DNA of 60,000 bases, from the NCBI GenBank assembly GCA_013239625.1, contig MU053934.1, forward strand, positions 9,879,352 to 9,939,351, given 5' to 3'. The notes under the pieces were generated by a model. That model searched no databases, had not been told where the DNA came from, and saw nothing but the letters and a program-made list of their open reading frames with translations. Below, in pieces: positions 23,011-35,522 of the stretch. The stretch comes from Lama guanicoe (Eukaryota). The position numbers and the translations under genes were made by a program. Each line of letters starts with the position of its first letter. The first letter of the stretch is position 1.

Positions 23011-26000
23011 GGAAGCTCTCTGCCCAGGGTCACAAAGCCTGGAGGCAGCCCTGTCCCTCTCCCGCTCGTCTGCGTGGTCCCCTTCCCAGGACCTCGGAGA
23101 CAAAAGCATGTGGCAGGGCAGGGGGTGACACCCATGAAGGCCACGACCCCAGGGAGCAGTGGCTGAGAGACCGCCGCTGTTTTTGCCATCCCTGTGCTGG
23201 AATGCCCGCTGGCCCCAGTGCCCTAGCAGCACTCAGCACCAGAGTCCAGCCGTCCGCTGCGTGATGCGTCAGAAACAGAGTACAGGCCTCCCGGCTCAGG
23301 TCACCCAGAGGCGGTAGGGAGCGGCCACTCCGAAATGCTAGGACGGGCCATAGGGCAGAGGGCTCCCCCGTCCACCAGGCGAAGCCTGACCCCCAGCCCG
23401 CTGGAAGGAGCCACCCCTCTGCTTCCCCTGGGGCCTGGGTCGAAGGCCATCTGGCCTTGAAGGGAACCCCAAATTCCAGGGAGCATGGGAACTTTGACAG
23501 CTGGCGACTAGGGGATGAGGGACCTGACCGAGACCTGTGTGGCTCTGGCCCTGAGAAGCCACCAACAGTAAGGGGCTCTGGGCCACCACCCTTGCCATAA
23601 AGAAGAGACGAGCTAAGGAAATCCTTTTTCCATCGACGCCACTTCCTCGCTGGAGTCAGTCGAGATGCTCAAGGGAGAAGCCAGCCTGAGGTTCTAGGGG
23701 CTCTCCGAGTCATCTGGGCCATGCAGGGACACAGCGGGGGGCACTGGCCCTTACCCGGGCAGCAGGCGAGCCCCGGGGCCCCCCAGCCCTGCCGGCGGAG
23801 GAGGGCGCCCCACCAGGGCCGGGTGATGAGTCACGTGCCGCGGGAAACTGGCGAGCATGCTGAGATCTGCAGCTCCTCAGAGGGAGCAGACCCTGCCCAG
23901 ATCAAAAGGAAAGAAGATGGATGAGGACACTAAAAATAGGCTAGAGCCAGCGGGCGGCCTCCAGGAGGCCGGGGGTGTGTCCGGCACCTCTTTTCTGGGT
24001 ACTCACGAAGCCAAGAAGCTCCAGATCCAGATGCCATCAGTGGCACGCTGCCATCTGCTTCAGGGGGGCGGGAGGACGAGGAGGGACTGTTGGCAGAGCG
24101 TTTGGTCCCTGCAAGTTTCAACTTCTGTCAAAATGGGTTAATTTGGTTGCTTTGCATGATTCAAGGCACACCTGCTTCTCTGTCCACAAAATTTGCTCAT
24201 TCACTCATGCACCCAGAAAAATGGGTTTGGCTGGCTTTTTCCAACTTGCAAAAGCAGAAGAGAAATAGACCATCGTGTATGTTGGAGGGCGGGTATTGCT
24301 GAGGGATGAGATTGGGGTGGGGCAAGGATTGGAGAGGAGGCCAGAGGTGGGCAGGGACTGGATTAAGGAGTCTGGTTGTTCACTGCAGACAATGGGAATT
24401 TTAAGCTGTGGACGGACAGGATCAGGCGTGCAGTTTAGAACAGGGACAGCTGTGAGAGTAGCAAGATCGATTGACAAGCCCGATGCCCACGGTGAGGTGG
24501 TGCCCAGGTGCAGATGCTGCTCCCTACCCTGAAAGGGCACGTGCCTACAACACAAGGGGCACCAGCCTGGGGCACGTGAGAGGTGGGTCATCCCAAAGCC
24601 CCACCCAGGAGCTTCCTTGGGTCAGGGAGCAGGCTACCTGCCTCAGGGCAGCCAGTCCTCAAAGCTCTGCTCCCTTATCTTTCTCACAGACAGAAATTCC
24701 ATCATTTGTGAGTCACTCCTTTGACTAGCACCTTACTCATTGGTCCACTGTGAAAGGTAGCCCCTCAGGAGGCCAGTGTGGCGGTTGATGGATAGAGAGC
24801 TGGACCTGGCAGAAGCAGCCTGGAGAGTTCCAATCCTGCTGCTCTCCAGCTGTGCCATCTCTGTTTCTATCTCTGTAAAGGGTGTGCGATGGCATCTAAC
24901 CTGGCTTTTGCCCACCTCATTGAGAACTTGCCACTCCTCAGTTCTATTACTGTGACGGTACTGCCTGGCGGGAAGCCTCATCCGTGTGGAAAGGGGCTCA
25001 GAGAGGCTGGGCGACTTGCCGAGGGTCACACAGCAGGAACTGGCTCAAAGCCCCTCTCTGCCCCCTTCACCTCGGGCCACTCTGGAGCCCACAACCCTAT
25101 CATAAAAGAGTTTTGCAAATAGCCCCACAGGCTAGATTCCCCACCCCCTGCTCCCCCGCTGCGGGCTCTGCGAGGGCCAGGCTGAGTTTCTGGTTTTCAT
25201 GAGAAGGCGGGAAGCCGTCCTCTGGGGAACCACAGCAGCCAGAAGCCCCCACTCCCCAACCCCAGCAAGGCAAAGATGACCCTGTCCTTTGGTAGCGGGG
25301 GAAACTGAGTGTCTGGTCTGCGACAGAAATAAAGCCAAGGGGCCTGAGGGCCTCGTGGAGTGTGTAAAGCTCTCTTGCCGATTGTCCCCCTGGAACTTAG
25401 AGCCTCCGCGCAGACGAGGCTTCTCTCTGCCTGAGGAGCCTGTTGTGGAGGAGGTGGGGCATCCCTGGGACAGCTCTCCCAGCCCAGGAACCCAGCCCCT
25501 CCCCCTCCACGGAGCCCCCAGCAGGCAGTGGGGGGCCTGGTGCTCAGCGCCCACCTTCAGGCCATGGGGCTTGCAGAGAGCACAGGGACCACAGTCAAGG
25601 GGACACACGCCCCCGCCCTGCCCACCCCGCCCCTTGAGGGAGGAGGGCAGATGCGTAGGTTGCCCCCAGTGCAGGCCCCAGGTCTCGGGAGCACTGGTGA
25701 GTGGCAGTCTCCTAGGCTGGGCCCCCAAAGCAGGGCTGGGGGGAAGCTCCCTGAACCCAAGGGGTCCAGACAGGCTGACCAGCCCATCATCAGAGGGTCC
25801 CTGCCAGGCCTCCCCCTCAGGGACATCTGCTGAGTCATCTGGGTCTCAGGATGATTCCAGCTATCTGGCTCCCACTGGCATTGGCAGGTGGGGAGCTGGT
25901 TTCCTGCTGGCCCAGCCTGGCCCCTGTTTGCCCAGAACTTCGGAGCCTCTTTCTCCTTCTCCTTCTCCTCCACCTGTGACTTCCCTTCTCCTTGGCGTGA

Positions 26001-26249
26001 GCCCCACCTGCCACCAGCACGAGCCCCTGCCAGCCCCGCCCGTCTCCCAGCCCCGTCTGGGTCCCGGGCCCACATGAATGTCCCATAGTGGGCTAGGCTG
26101 CAGGAGCAGTTCTCAGAGAGCGGGGCCTCGCTGTGACTCCAACTGAGACCCCAGATGTGGCCCTGGCCCTGCAAGGGGTGGAGGGTCACAGTGGCTCAGA
26201 ACCTGGCTTGGGTGTGTGACACAGAGACCTGAACTTGGATGCAGGGTCC

Positions 26250-26800
26250 GCAGTGGGGTGGCCAGTCTCCAAAGATGGCCTCCAACGTGCCACGCCTCCT
26301 GGTGTTCCCGTCCTGCTACAGTCTGTCCCCAGCTGAGTCGGAATTGGTCCCCACTCCCTAATTAACCCACAGAAGTGACACTGTGACAGTGCCAGACCTA
26401 AGCCTTAAGAAGACTTGGCAGTTCTGGCCCTCGCATCCTTGGAAGCCTGCTGCCACCTGAGAAGGCTGCCCATCCCTAGGGCTCTTCCTACCACCAACAG
26501 CCACGGCACCCCTGGGGACCCCCCAACACATACGCACCAGCATCCCTACCCCGCCTTCTCCTGTGCATCTCTGCTGGCTGTCCTCCAAAGCGTCCGCAAG
26601 GCCCCCAGGAAGGCGGTGCTGCTGTGGGCTTTGGATCTTGGAAGCAGGCGTTCCTCCCGTGAGTGTGGTACCCCATCCCAGGGGTTAGCCACAAAAATGG
26701 GCACCCCGTTCTCTCTAATACCCACTCAGAGGCGAGGTGGCCGCCACAGCAGCAGCTGCGGTTACAACACCCGGATCGCACTGACGAGTTGACTTGACCC
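26250..26800 (+). mobile_element. Degraded MLT1-type MaLR LTR
   Basis: tggggtggccagtctccaaagatggcctccaa...cctcctggtgttc start and ...agacctaagccttaagaagacttggcagttc resemble MLT1F-type LTRs. The boundaries are uncertain. Confidence 0.5.
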
Positions 26801-28139
26801 CGGCAGTGCGGTGATCAGACTTTAAATGCCACACTTTGTCGGGTTCTGGATGGATGTCTACAGACGTGACTATGTTGCACTGCTGAGCTCAGAGGAACGT
26901 CCCCCTACTTCCAAACAAGAGAGAAACAGACAAGAGAAGCGGCTGGAACCAGGTAGCAGATAATAAGCCTCTTCCCCAAGCGCGTGTGACAGACAAGGAC
27001 TGCGGCATGGCAGCGAGATGGGTGGTGAGGCGAGAGGGGGATCCTGAGACTCCTATATCCCACTGAGATCCTCAGAGGGGGTGACTCCACGTGTGACAGA
27101 GTGGTCCCCACTAAACCTCCCTGCCAGCAAATGACGCCCCCTGGAAAATCTGATTTCCTGTTTCAGGGGCCCCGGTAGCAAATATTTAATAACAATGATA
27201 ATTTCCCTTGAGGATTTGCAACCATAGGCCTGCTCTCACGCAGAGCTGGTGTGAGCTGACAGCTCCTCCCACAGCCCTTGGCCGAACCCTGAGGCTGGGA
27301 GTCCCGACACCAACATGACCCATGGGGTAAGACCTCCTCATATGCAGGAAATCGTAAGGAAGAAATTAGGTGACAACAATCCCAGATTGGGAATACACCC
27401 TTGTGACTGGCAGAAGCGAACAAAAACCTTTTCTAGAGGAAAGCTCCCCCATTTAGGTCTTTAGGGTGCCTGAAGCCGAGTCAAACATGAGCTCACTATA
27501 AAAAAACAACGAAACATGAGGAAACAAGGCATCGTGAGGCAAGAGTCAGCGGAAATAACAAAGATTTAGGTACCCTCCCCCAAACTTCAGATATTTGCAT
27601 GTTTGAAATAGATGAAGCAATAAAAGGTGGAATAAGATTTTTTTTAACGAACAAGAGTCTATTTAAAAAGACTGTGCAGATTTGAAACACAATCAAATAT
27701 CACTTTTACAAATGAAAATAAAGAGTCGAAACTTTCAACTCCATGAATTGAACAGCTGAAGAGAGAATCAGTGAATTGGAACACAGAGCTGAAGAAATTT
27801 CCCAGGAGGCCAGAACAGAACGAGAGACACTTTCATGTGTCTAATTCGAATTCCAACATTGCAGGATGAAGAGGTACTAGCTGGAGGAGGTGGTGGAGGT
27901 GGAGTGGGCTGTTCTAGGCAGAGGCAACAGCACATGCTGAGGTCCTGAGATCCCACCCAAAGCCAGTGCACTGTAACTCCTGCTCAGCTGCTGGCCTTGT
28001 GCAGGGCAACGCTGGGCACAGACGCCTCGGACGCTGTCCCCGCCGGAGCACCGGGCAGCCTGGCGGGGAGCCAGCTGCAGTGAGGCAGACGGCTGTGCTG
28101 CTGCCACCTGTCCAGCTCCATTTCCTCTTAGACGGCTAA

Positions 28140-28495
28140 CTGCACCCCTTCTCCCCTCCCACTCTCAGGCCACGTGATCCAGGTAGAGCTAACTTCAGTC
28201 CTTCATGCTTCAGGGGTGGATGTATGACCCTGGCCAGGTCAATCATAGCCAGAGAGGCTCCGTTTTGAAACTTCTGTTAAAAAAATGGGCAAAGGAAATC
28301 TCTGGCTCTGCCAGGACTGGTGACCAGGAAAATGTTGGCCTGAGACCCCCATGAGATGGAGCCAAAACAAAAAGAGGCAGAACCCTTTGAGCCCTGGACC
28401 CAGCTGTGCCTGAAGGACACCCTGAACTTGGCGGTGACACACATTAGTACATTTCCTTTTCTCCTCGATTGGTCTGACTCAGTTTTCTAACATGT
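28140..28495. mobile_element. Degraded ERVL LTR (LTR16-like)
   Basis: caggggtggatgtatgaccctggccaggtcaatcatag and tggacccagctgtgcctgaag...tacatttccttt segments. Confidence 0.4.
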
Positions 28496-29499
28496 GTAGT
28501 GCCTCACTCCATCCACGTCGCAGAGGGAAGCCCGGGACTGGAGACCCCATGGATACCGCTGGCCCAGCCCAACAGCCGGGCTAGGCTATGGCGCTGTGTC
28601 ATGGTTAGCTGGGGGCAGATGGCTGTGCCTGGGCAGGCTGGCGCAGGCGTTGGCTGTCTTCCTGGGAGTCAGTGCAGCTCACTGGCTCCTGGGCACGATC
28701 GCTGCCCAGGCAAGCCCTGGGCTGTCAGGTTGGCTCTCAGCAGCGCCCTATGATAGCCTTGGGCCTTGGAGGTTCTGGAGGCCTGAAGAGGGGATAACGC
28801 CTCAGAAGCACTGCCTGGAAGCAGGGGGCAGGCCAGGCCCCTGGAGGTCTTACCTCAAGGGTCATGTTGGTGTCAGGACTCCCAGCCTCAGGGTTCGGCC
28901 GAAGGATGTGAGAGGAGCAATCCGCCCACATCTGTCCCTCCCCAGCCTCCAGCGTGGCCAGTTCCTCGAACAGCCCATGGGGACAATGCCTGTCGAGTGC
29001 AACATGCAATTTGGTTGGTGTTGCCCAACCAAATGGATTTAAGGGTCCACTCTCAGATCTACAATGAAGTCATTTCAGATCCTTGGTCCCAGCCAACTTA
29101 GCACCCATCTACGTTCAGACTTCAGCAGCTCAATCAGCCAATCAGCGGGCTGCACGTGCTTTGTGCCTATCACTGCCAGCCCAGGCCTCTATGCCCAGCT
29201 TAAATACCCCCTCCTCCAAGGAGCCTTCCCTGACCACCCCAGGCGGAAGTGCTCCACCCTGCCTCTCCAGTCCCTTTGAACCCAGGGCCCCTCACAGATT
29301 GCCAGTCCCAGACTATCATGGGAGGCAGTTACTTGTGCATATGGTGTATTTTCCTCTGGTTCTTCTCTGCCAACCCAGGGGCTAGCCAGGACCTGGCAAG
29401 TACACCTGGTGGGTAAATGTTTGCTGAATGAATAATGAATAGTTGGGTAAAATTTTGAGCGTTCAGTCACACTGCAGTAACCATATGCCATGATCACGT

Positions 29500-29680
29500 A
29501 TGTTTTAAATGCTTTTATACGTACAAACTCACTGAGTCCTCATAATAACCCTTGGTGGTATCTTCTCAGGCACAGAGAGGCTCAGTAACTTGTCCAGAGT
29601 CACACAGCCTATATGCAGCAGAGCCAGGACTCAAGCCCAGGTGGTCCCTCTCCAGAGTCTGTGCTCTTAGCCCGAGGACC
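29500..29680. mobile_element. MIR SINE fragment
   Basis: tcctcataataaccct...aggcacagagaggctcagtaacttgtccagagtcacacagc...gcagagccaggactcaagcccagg, a MIR core. Confidence 0.75.
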
Positions 29681-31855
29681 ATTGCACGCCATCAATCCAA
29701 CTGTGCAGCGAGGGCACTGAAGACCTGGGAGGCCAAGCAACCCTCCTGCCTCCTGGTTTGGCTCTTTCTTCCTTCAAACAGAGCCCCAGGTCCTTGGGAC
29801 TCAAAGGTTGCTCACCTGTTCACCCGGTGAGCTTCTCTAGCAGCTGCAAGCAAGCTCTGTCCCCACAGAGGCAGAGCTGAGCAGGCCCTTCCTCCCTTTT
29901 CTTGATGACGGTTTTGCCCGTGGGCACCCTGTGCGCAAAGGGGCGGCTGAGTTCGTGGTCTGTGGGTGTGTTCAGGGCATGTTGGCTGATGGGTTCAGCC
30001 TCTGCGTGCAGGGAGAGCTGCTGGATAGAGGCCGGTTGGGCGCGGCCCTGGGCCTCCTGACCAGGGAGTGAGTGGAGGGGGCTCAGGCTGCACCCTGGCA
30101 CTGGTAGAGCCAAGAGAGCCCTCCACCCGCAGGGAGGGGTGTGTGGGGCGGGGCTCCAGGGGGCCTGGGGGCCGTTCAGGGCCCTCTGCGCTGCCCGACT
30201 GCTCTTTCCCTCCTGGGGACTCCCTGACCGCCAGGCCGCCCAGGGTCCTGCGGGAGAAATTGCTTCCATCCTCTCTGCTGGTGAAGCTGTGGGCCGCCAC
30301 GTCTGTCACCACGTGACCATGCCTGGGCAGTCACGTGTCCCCTAGGTGGCACTCCATAGGCCTGCCCAGGACCAATAGCTGACAGCAGGAAGTGCGAAGC
30401 TGACCAGTCAGATTCACCCCCTCAGTCCCATCTTAGGAAAAGGGGTGGGAAGGGGAGAGGGAAGGGGAGAGGCGGCAGGGCAGGGAGGGGGTTCCTGGAG
30501 GCCTGAGGGTCAGAGGGAGGCCCTGGGGCCCGGAGGTCCTGGGGGGCCTGGGAGAGCCCCGGGGGCTTGGAGGACTTGGTGGGACCGGTAGACCCTGGTG
30601 ACATTTGGGGTGACTTCAGGAGCCCTGGGAGGCCACGGGAGCCTTGAGGGATCATGGGAGAATCTTTGGTGCCTTGGGGGGCCCGGGGATTTGGGGGGAA
30701 CTTTGCAGGGTTTCTGAAGGCATGGGGATCTTTGGGAACCCTGGGGGGCCTGGTGGGTCTTGGACAACCCTGGGAAATCTGTGGGACCTTAGGGGGCAGT
30801 GTGAGGGTTTTGAGGGAAATTCACGGGCCTGGAGGTTTTGGGAAGCACAGGACCTTGAGGGCCTGGGAAGAGTGACAAAGCCCCAGGGTCAAGGTCGTGC
30901 TGGCAGCCGCGGCCCGGGCACGTCACCTCGCCTGGGAGCCCTGGCCGCTCTGAGTTGTGGGAGGGTCGCAGGCCCACCCGAGTCCTGTCAGGGTGAAATG
31001 GCCCAGGTGACAGCCCGTTCCACTCGGTGCCCTTGCCTCTGCTCCACGCCGCCCCCGCCCAGACTCACTGCTGACACTGAGGCCTGTCCAGACGCTTTCC
31101 TGGGGAGGTGGCGTGGCAACAGCCCCGTCACACATCCCACCACGGGCGGTGTCCCCTTGTCCACTGGCGACCAGGTGAGGGGGAGGGTCCCTGAATTAAC
31201 TCTGATTCCCTCTCCGGGGCTGTGGAGGCTTTCCGGCTGGGGGGTGATGTGGCCAGCAGGGGCTGGTCCTTCAGGGGCCGGCACTGGCTGCGAGGGGCTG
31301 ACGTGGCCAGGACCTTGGTGGTGACTGGACGGTGGGGGCAGGCGGAGCTGAGCAGGACTGACAGGAGCCTGGGGCCGTGCTGCCCAGTCTCTCTGCTGGA
31401 AGCGAGCCGAGTGGGGCTGGTGCCAGCTGGGTCCCCAGTGCCCAGCACAAGGCCTGCAACCCAAGGGCCCTGTTCTCAGACACACAGAACCAGGAGGCCA
31501 GAGGAGGCGGGCTGCTGGCCCCAGGGGCTGCACTTGAACCTGTGTGAGTAGGATGGGTTGGCTGCCTCTGGGGGGCACAAGGAACACTTTGAGGAGGGCC
31601 ACTATCTTTGGGGGGTTATGGCTTCTACACTAATGAGCCCCCCCCCGGGGCAGGCTGCACCTCCAGTCTCCTCTCAGGTCCTCCCCCAAGTCTTCCTTCT
31701 GCAGGCAGGGTGAGGGGTCAGAGCCCCGCAGCTGGTGAGGACAGAGTGACTTTCCTACTCTGACCACGGACGGCACAGGTGGCAGGAAGTCCAGACGGGG
31801 CCAAAGAGAGAGCCTGCTGGGTCTGAGCTGACCTACACGTGTGACCCTGTGTCCT

Positions 31856-32160
31856 TTTTTTTTTCAAATGACATATAGTCAGTTACAATGTATCAAGTTC
31901 TGGCGCACAGCGTCACGTTTCAGTCGTACACATACACACATGTATTCCTTTTCATATTCTTCTTCATTTTAGGTTACTGCAAGCTATTGAATATGGTTCC
32001 CTGTGCTGCACAGAAGACATTTTTTTAAATCTATTTTATATATAGTAATTAATATCTGCAAATCTCGAACTCCCAATTTATCCCTTCCCACCCGCTTCCC
32101 CCCCCCCCCGCAGCCAAAAGTTTGTTCTCTATGTCTGTGAGTCTATTTCTGTTTTGTCGC
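31856..32160 (-). mobile_element. LINE-1 3' end fragment (antisense)
   Basis: T-run then atagtcagttacaatg...tattgaatatggttccctgtgctg...tttgttctctatgtctgtgagtctatttctgttttg, the reverse complement of the family at 1001-1501. Confidence 0.85.
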
Positions 32161-32327
32161 TACATTTAACTAACCTTTTAACATGAAAAACAACAAACAC
32201 AGACACAGGAGCGAGGGTGGTGTAGCCAACCCCACTCCAACAACGGCCAGTCCTGTTGTTAATAAACCACCACTGCTGATTTCTGGATTTTTAAGGAGCA
32301 AATCCCAGATACCATGTCATTCCATCC

Positions 32328-32757
32328 TGATGAAATAAAATCCATCTTTTACGGCAAGATGAGAAAAATTGAAACATGAAATCTTCCTTCGCCCGTTCGG
32401 GCCTCCGCCCTCCGCTGCAGCGTGGCCAGACCTCCTTAGGAGATAACATTCCTTCTTAATCTCATCAAGGCTCACAGCTCCTCAGGAGATAAACTCCCTT
32501 AATCTTGTAAGAGGCCACAGTGACCCATGACCCCCTGCTCCCTTTGTATGTGGAGGTCTGGATTGTATAAACTGTCAATAACATATCAATTGAGGGACAT
32601 AACCCTGTGCCTCCAAATCTCACACAGCTGGGCAGGGCGGGTGGCGGAGGGCACAGCTCAGAGGCCAAGCATTAGCGTAGCACGCACGAGGTCCCCGGAC
32701 CCTCCGTTAAAATATAGAAATAAGTAGATAAATAAACCTAATTAACACCCCCTCCCA

Positions 32758-32793
<36 letters not shown>

Positions 32794-32962
32794 CCAAAAA
32801 CTTACATAACTGTGCTTTGACCTCTAACAGGCGGAACTGTCCTCAGCTTTCTGGAAGACTGTCTCCCAGGTGATAATCCTCAGGTTGGCCCAAATAAAGT
32901 TTTCAAATTAAAATAAATTAAAATAAAACAGATAGACTATTGTTTAATATTTTCCATGGACA
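32328..32962 (+). mobile_element. ERV1-type solo LTR carrying an inserted SINE and (CA)n
   Basis: TG...CA termini (tgatgaaa...catggaca), 4-bp flanking repeat atcc/atct and AATAAA near 32892. It interrupts an older L1M-like sequence that rejoins across it. Confidence 0.7.
32646..32800 (+). mobile_element. Degenerate tRNA-derived SINE with (CA)n in its tail
   Basis: ggagggcacagctcagagg...tagcacgcacgaggtcccc...aataaacctaatt...cccc. Confidence 0.7.
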
Positions 32963-33119
32963 ATCTGTAAGCCGTTGAGTATGCAGCTCTAGAAGACAAG
33001 GGTTCCTTTCTTAATACGTAACCACAGTGCGATACTTGCACCCAAAATGCGGGTGTAACCGCTTAATGTCAGTCACACGTGGGCAGCCCTTCCATTTCCC
33101 CAGCTGCCTCCTGTCTGTC

Positions 33120-33235
33120 TTTTTTGGGGGCGGTAACTAGGTTTATTTACTTATGTTAATAGAGGTGCTGGGGATCGCACCCAGGACCTCGTGCCTGCCA
33201 GGCACGTGCTCTGCCCCAGCCAGACCCTCACCCCC
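33120..33235 (-). mobile_element. Degenerate tRNA-derived SINE (antisense)
   Basis: tttttggggg...taggtttatt...gaggtgctggggatcgcacccaggacctcgtgc is the reverse complement of the SINE family. Confidence 0.75.
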
Positions 33236-35133
33236 GCCTCCGCCCAGTCTCTTTCAGCCTATGCATTCCCTCTCCATCTCCGTTTGTCCAGACTTTGTTT
33301 TTAAGAACCTGGGCCCCATATTCTAGAAGATTCCCACAGTTGACCTTTGCCGGCTGCAGGCCTGTGGTGATGCTGACCCCCCGTGTTCTGTCCGTTGGTT
33401 GCTTGTTCCGAAGCCGTGCTGACCACCAGAACTTCTCCAACGACGGAATGTTCTCGACTCACGAGGGTCGATGCCGTGGGCGCTGGTCCCCCGTGGCTGC
33501 AGTGTTTGGATTGTGGCTGGTTCAGCCCAGGAACTGAATTCTTCATCTCCCTTAATTTCAGTTTAAAGGCACACAGTCATGTGGGGGTAGTGGCCACCCT
33601 ATTGGGCAAATCTAGAGGCTTGATCAGATTCTGCTCAATGCTTTCTGACGCGACAACTTTGTGGGTGGCGGTGAGCCTTCCATTAGGAGCTGCGGTCACG
33701 TCAGGTGTCTCCTTTTTGGTGGGTTGGGGTCCGGGAGCGCTCCAGCCTGTAGGAGGCGCAAAACGGTGACATTCAAATCCTAGCTCTGCTTCTCCATTCC
33801 TAGGCTGAAATTCTGTAAAAGGGAACTTCCTTCACAGGGTTAGGGTTAGGGTTAGCCTATTTATTTCATTTCATTGTTTGCTTCTAGGATTAAAAAAAAT
33901 AACTTTGTTTTACTCTTTAATCTCCCAAACAAGAGATTTTCAAAGAAGTACTTTCTACCCTGGTACTTCTTCCCTCTCAGAGGTAACTTCCCATTTTTAA
34001 ATGAGCTATCCTTTAATTTTTTTAAGAATATGAAAATGTTATTTGTATCCCTCATTTATTTTTAGATGAATGAGTTTCTTTCCCTAGGTGCCTTGTTTTG
34101 TTTACTCTCTTTTCATTCTATCTTCACGTATATTGTAGTCAGTACTTTACATTAACACCTTTGTATAATACCCCTGGCCCACCGTCTTCCTCCCTCCCTC
34201 CCTCTTTGTTCACATCTTCCCTGTTCCCCAGCAAGAGCAACAATGAAATTAGCTGGTGACCCTTCACTCCTTCTCCCAGTGTCTGATGTGAAGTCACATT
34301 TTTTACATCCGGTTAACACCTCGGAGGTGAGCGGCCCCCTGATCCTTCTCCTCCCACACTGTCCCGTCCTTCCCCCAGGGCCTCCACATCCCCTCGTTGG
34401 ATTACACTTAATTCCAAGGGTAAATGGTACCTGGGGGTCAGCATCAGGCCGATTCTCACTGCCTCTCCATCATTCCCGTTTCCTGAGCGTCTTCCTTCAG
34501 TAGATGACTTCGTGACGGCTCGTGGAAGCAGCTACCCTGCGCGAGAACAGTTTCTCTGCAGCCTACGCTTTAGGGCCGTGTCCGCGGGATGCCATATCCT
34601 GGGCGCACGTTCTTCCCTCGAAAGCATGGACCAGTCACCAGTCCAGTGTTGATCTGATGTTCTTTCCTCGTAAGAGACACACTTTTTTTTTAACCTGGGT
34701 GTCCAAAGGATTTTCTTTTCTTTTCTTTAAAGTTTAGTTAGTCATTTGGGTCAGTATTTCCAGAATGGGATGTGTTCTTTCAACATGCAATTCAAGGTTA
34801 TTCACTTTCTACATTTCAGGACCCGTTTCTTGAATTCTAGCCTTGGTATTTGCTCTGGGCCATGATCTGGTTTTCTCCTCCAACCTAATTAGTTCTCTCT
34901 TCCTTTCCCAGAATTATTTTTTCTTTTTATTTCTAATTTTCCCCCAAGCTCTTCAATTCTCAAATTTTCTTTTCCTCGTATCATTTATTTTCTGATTTTT
35001 AAAATTCTGAATTATGCTGTCCTTTCATGACTTCTACCATTTTTCTTAACTTGGGGGCCTCATTTTGAAACCCCAGGCTCGAGTTTTCATCTGCTCGTGG
35101 GCACGTCTTTCTGCTGCACTTTCCTGTCCTACC

Positions 35134-35522
35134 CTGTGCTGCCCAGCACCGTGTGGTCCTAGCCGGGTTTGGCTATTTACATCTGACTTGATTAAAATGA
35201 AATGTGGGACTTCAGGATTTGCAGATACAAACTACTATACATGCAAGAGATAAACAACAAGGCACTACTGCAGAGCACAGGGAACTCTATTCAATACCTT
35301 GTAACAGCCTATGATGAAAAAGAATATATGTGTATAACTGAATGACTATGCTGTCCACCAGAATCTAACACAACACTGTAAACTGACTATACCTCAATTA
35401 AAAGATGAAATGCAGCTATAAGCTCAGCTGCCCACTCGCACCAGGCACGTGTGGCTACTGCATTGGGCTACACAGAGACAGGGGATTTCCATTATTCTGG
35501 AAAGTTCTGTTGGGCAGAGCTG
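35134..35522. mobile_element. MER3/MER33-like hAT DNA-transposon relic interrupted by an L1 3' fragment
   Basis: ctgtgctgcccagca...tggctatttac...aaaatgaaatg // ...gtggctac...atttccattattctggaaagttctgttgggcagagctg. Confidence 0.6.
35205..35403 (+). mobile_element. Short LINE-1 3' end insertion
   Basis: Matches the last ~200 bp of the L1 at 1300-1500 (ataaacaacaag...cacagggaact...gtaaactgactatacctcaattaaaa). TSD-like atgaaatg lies on both sides. Confidence 0.85.
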
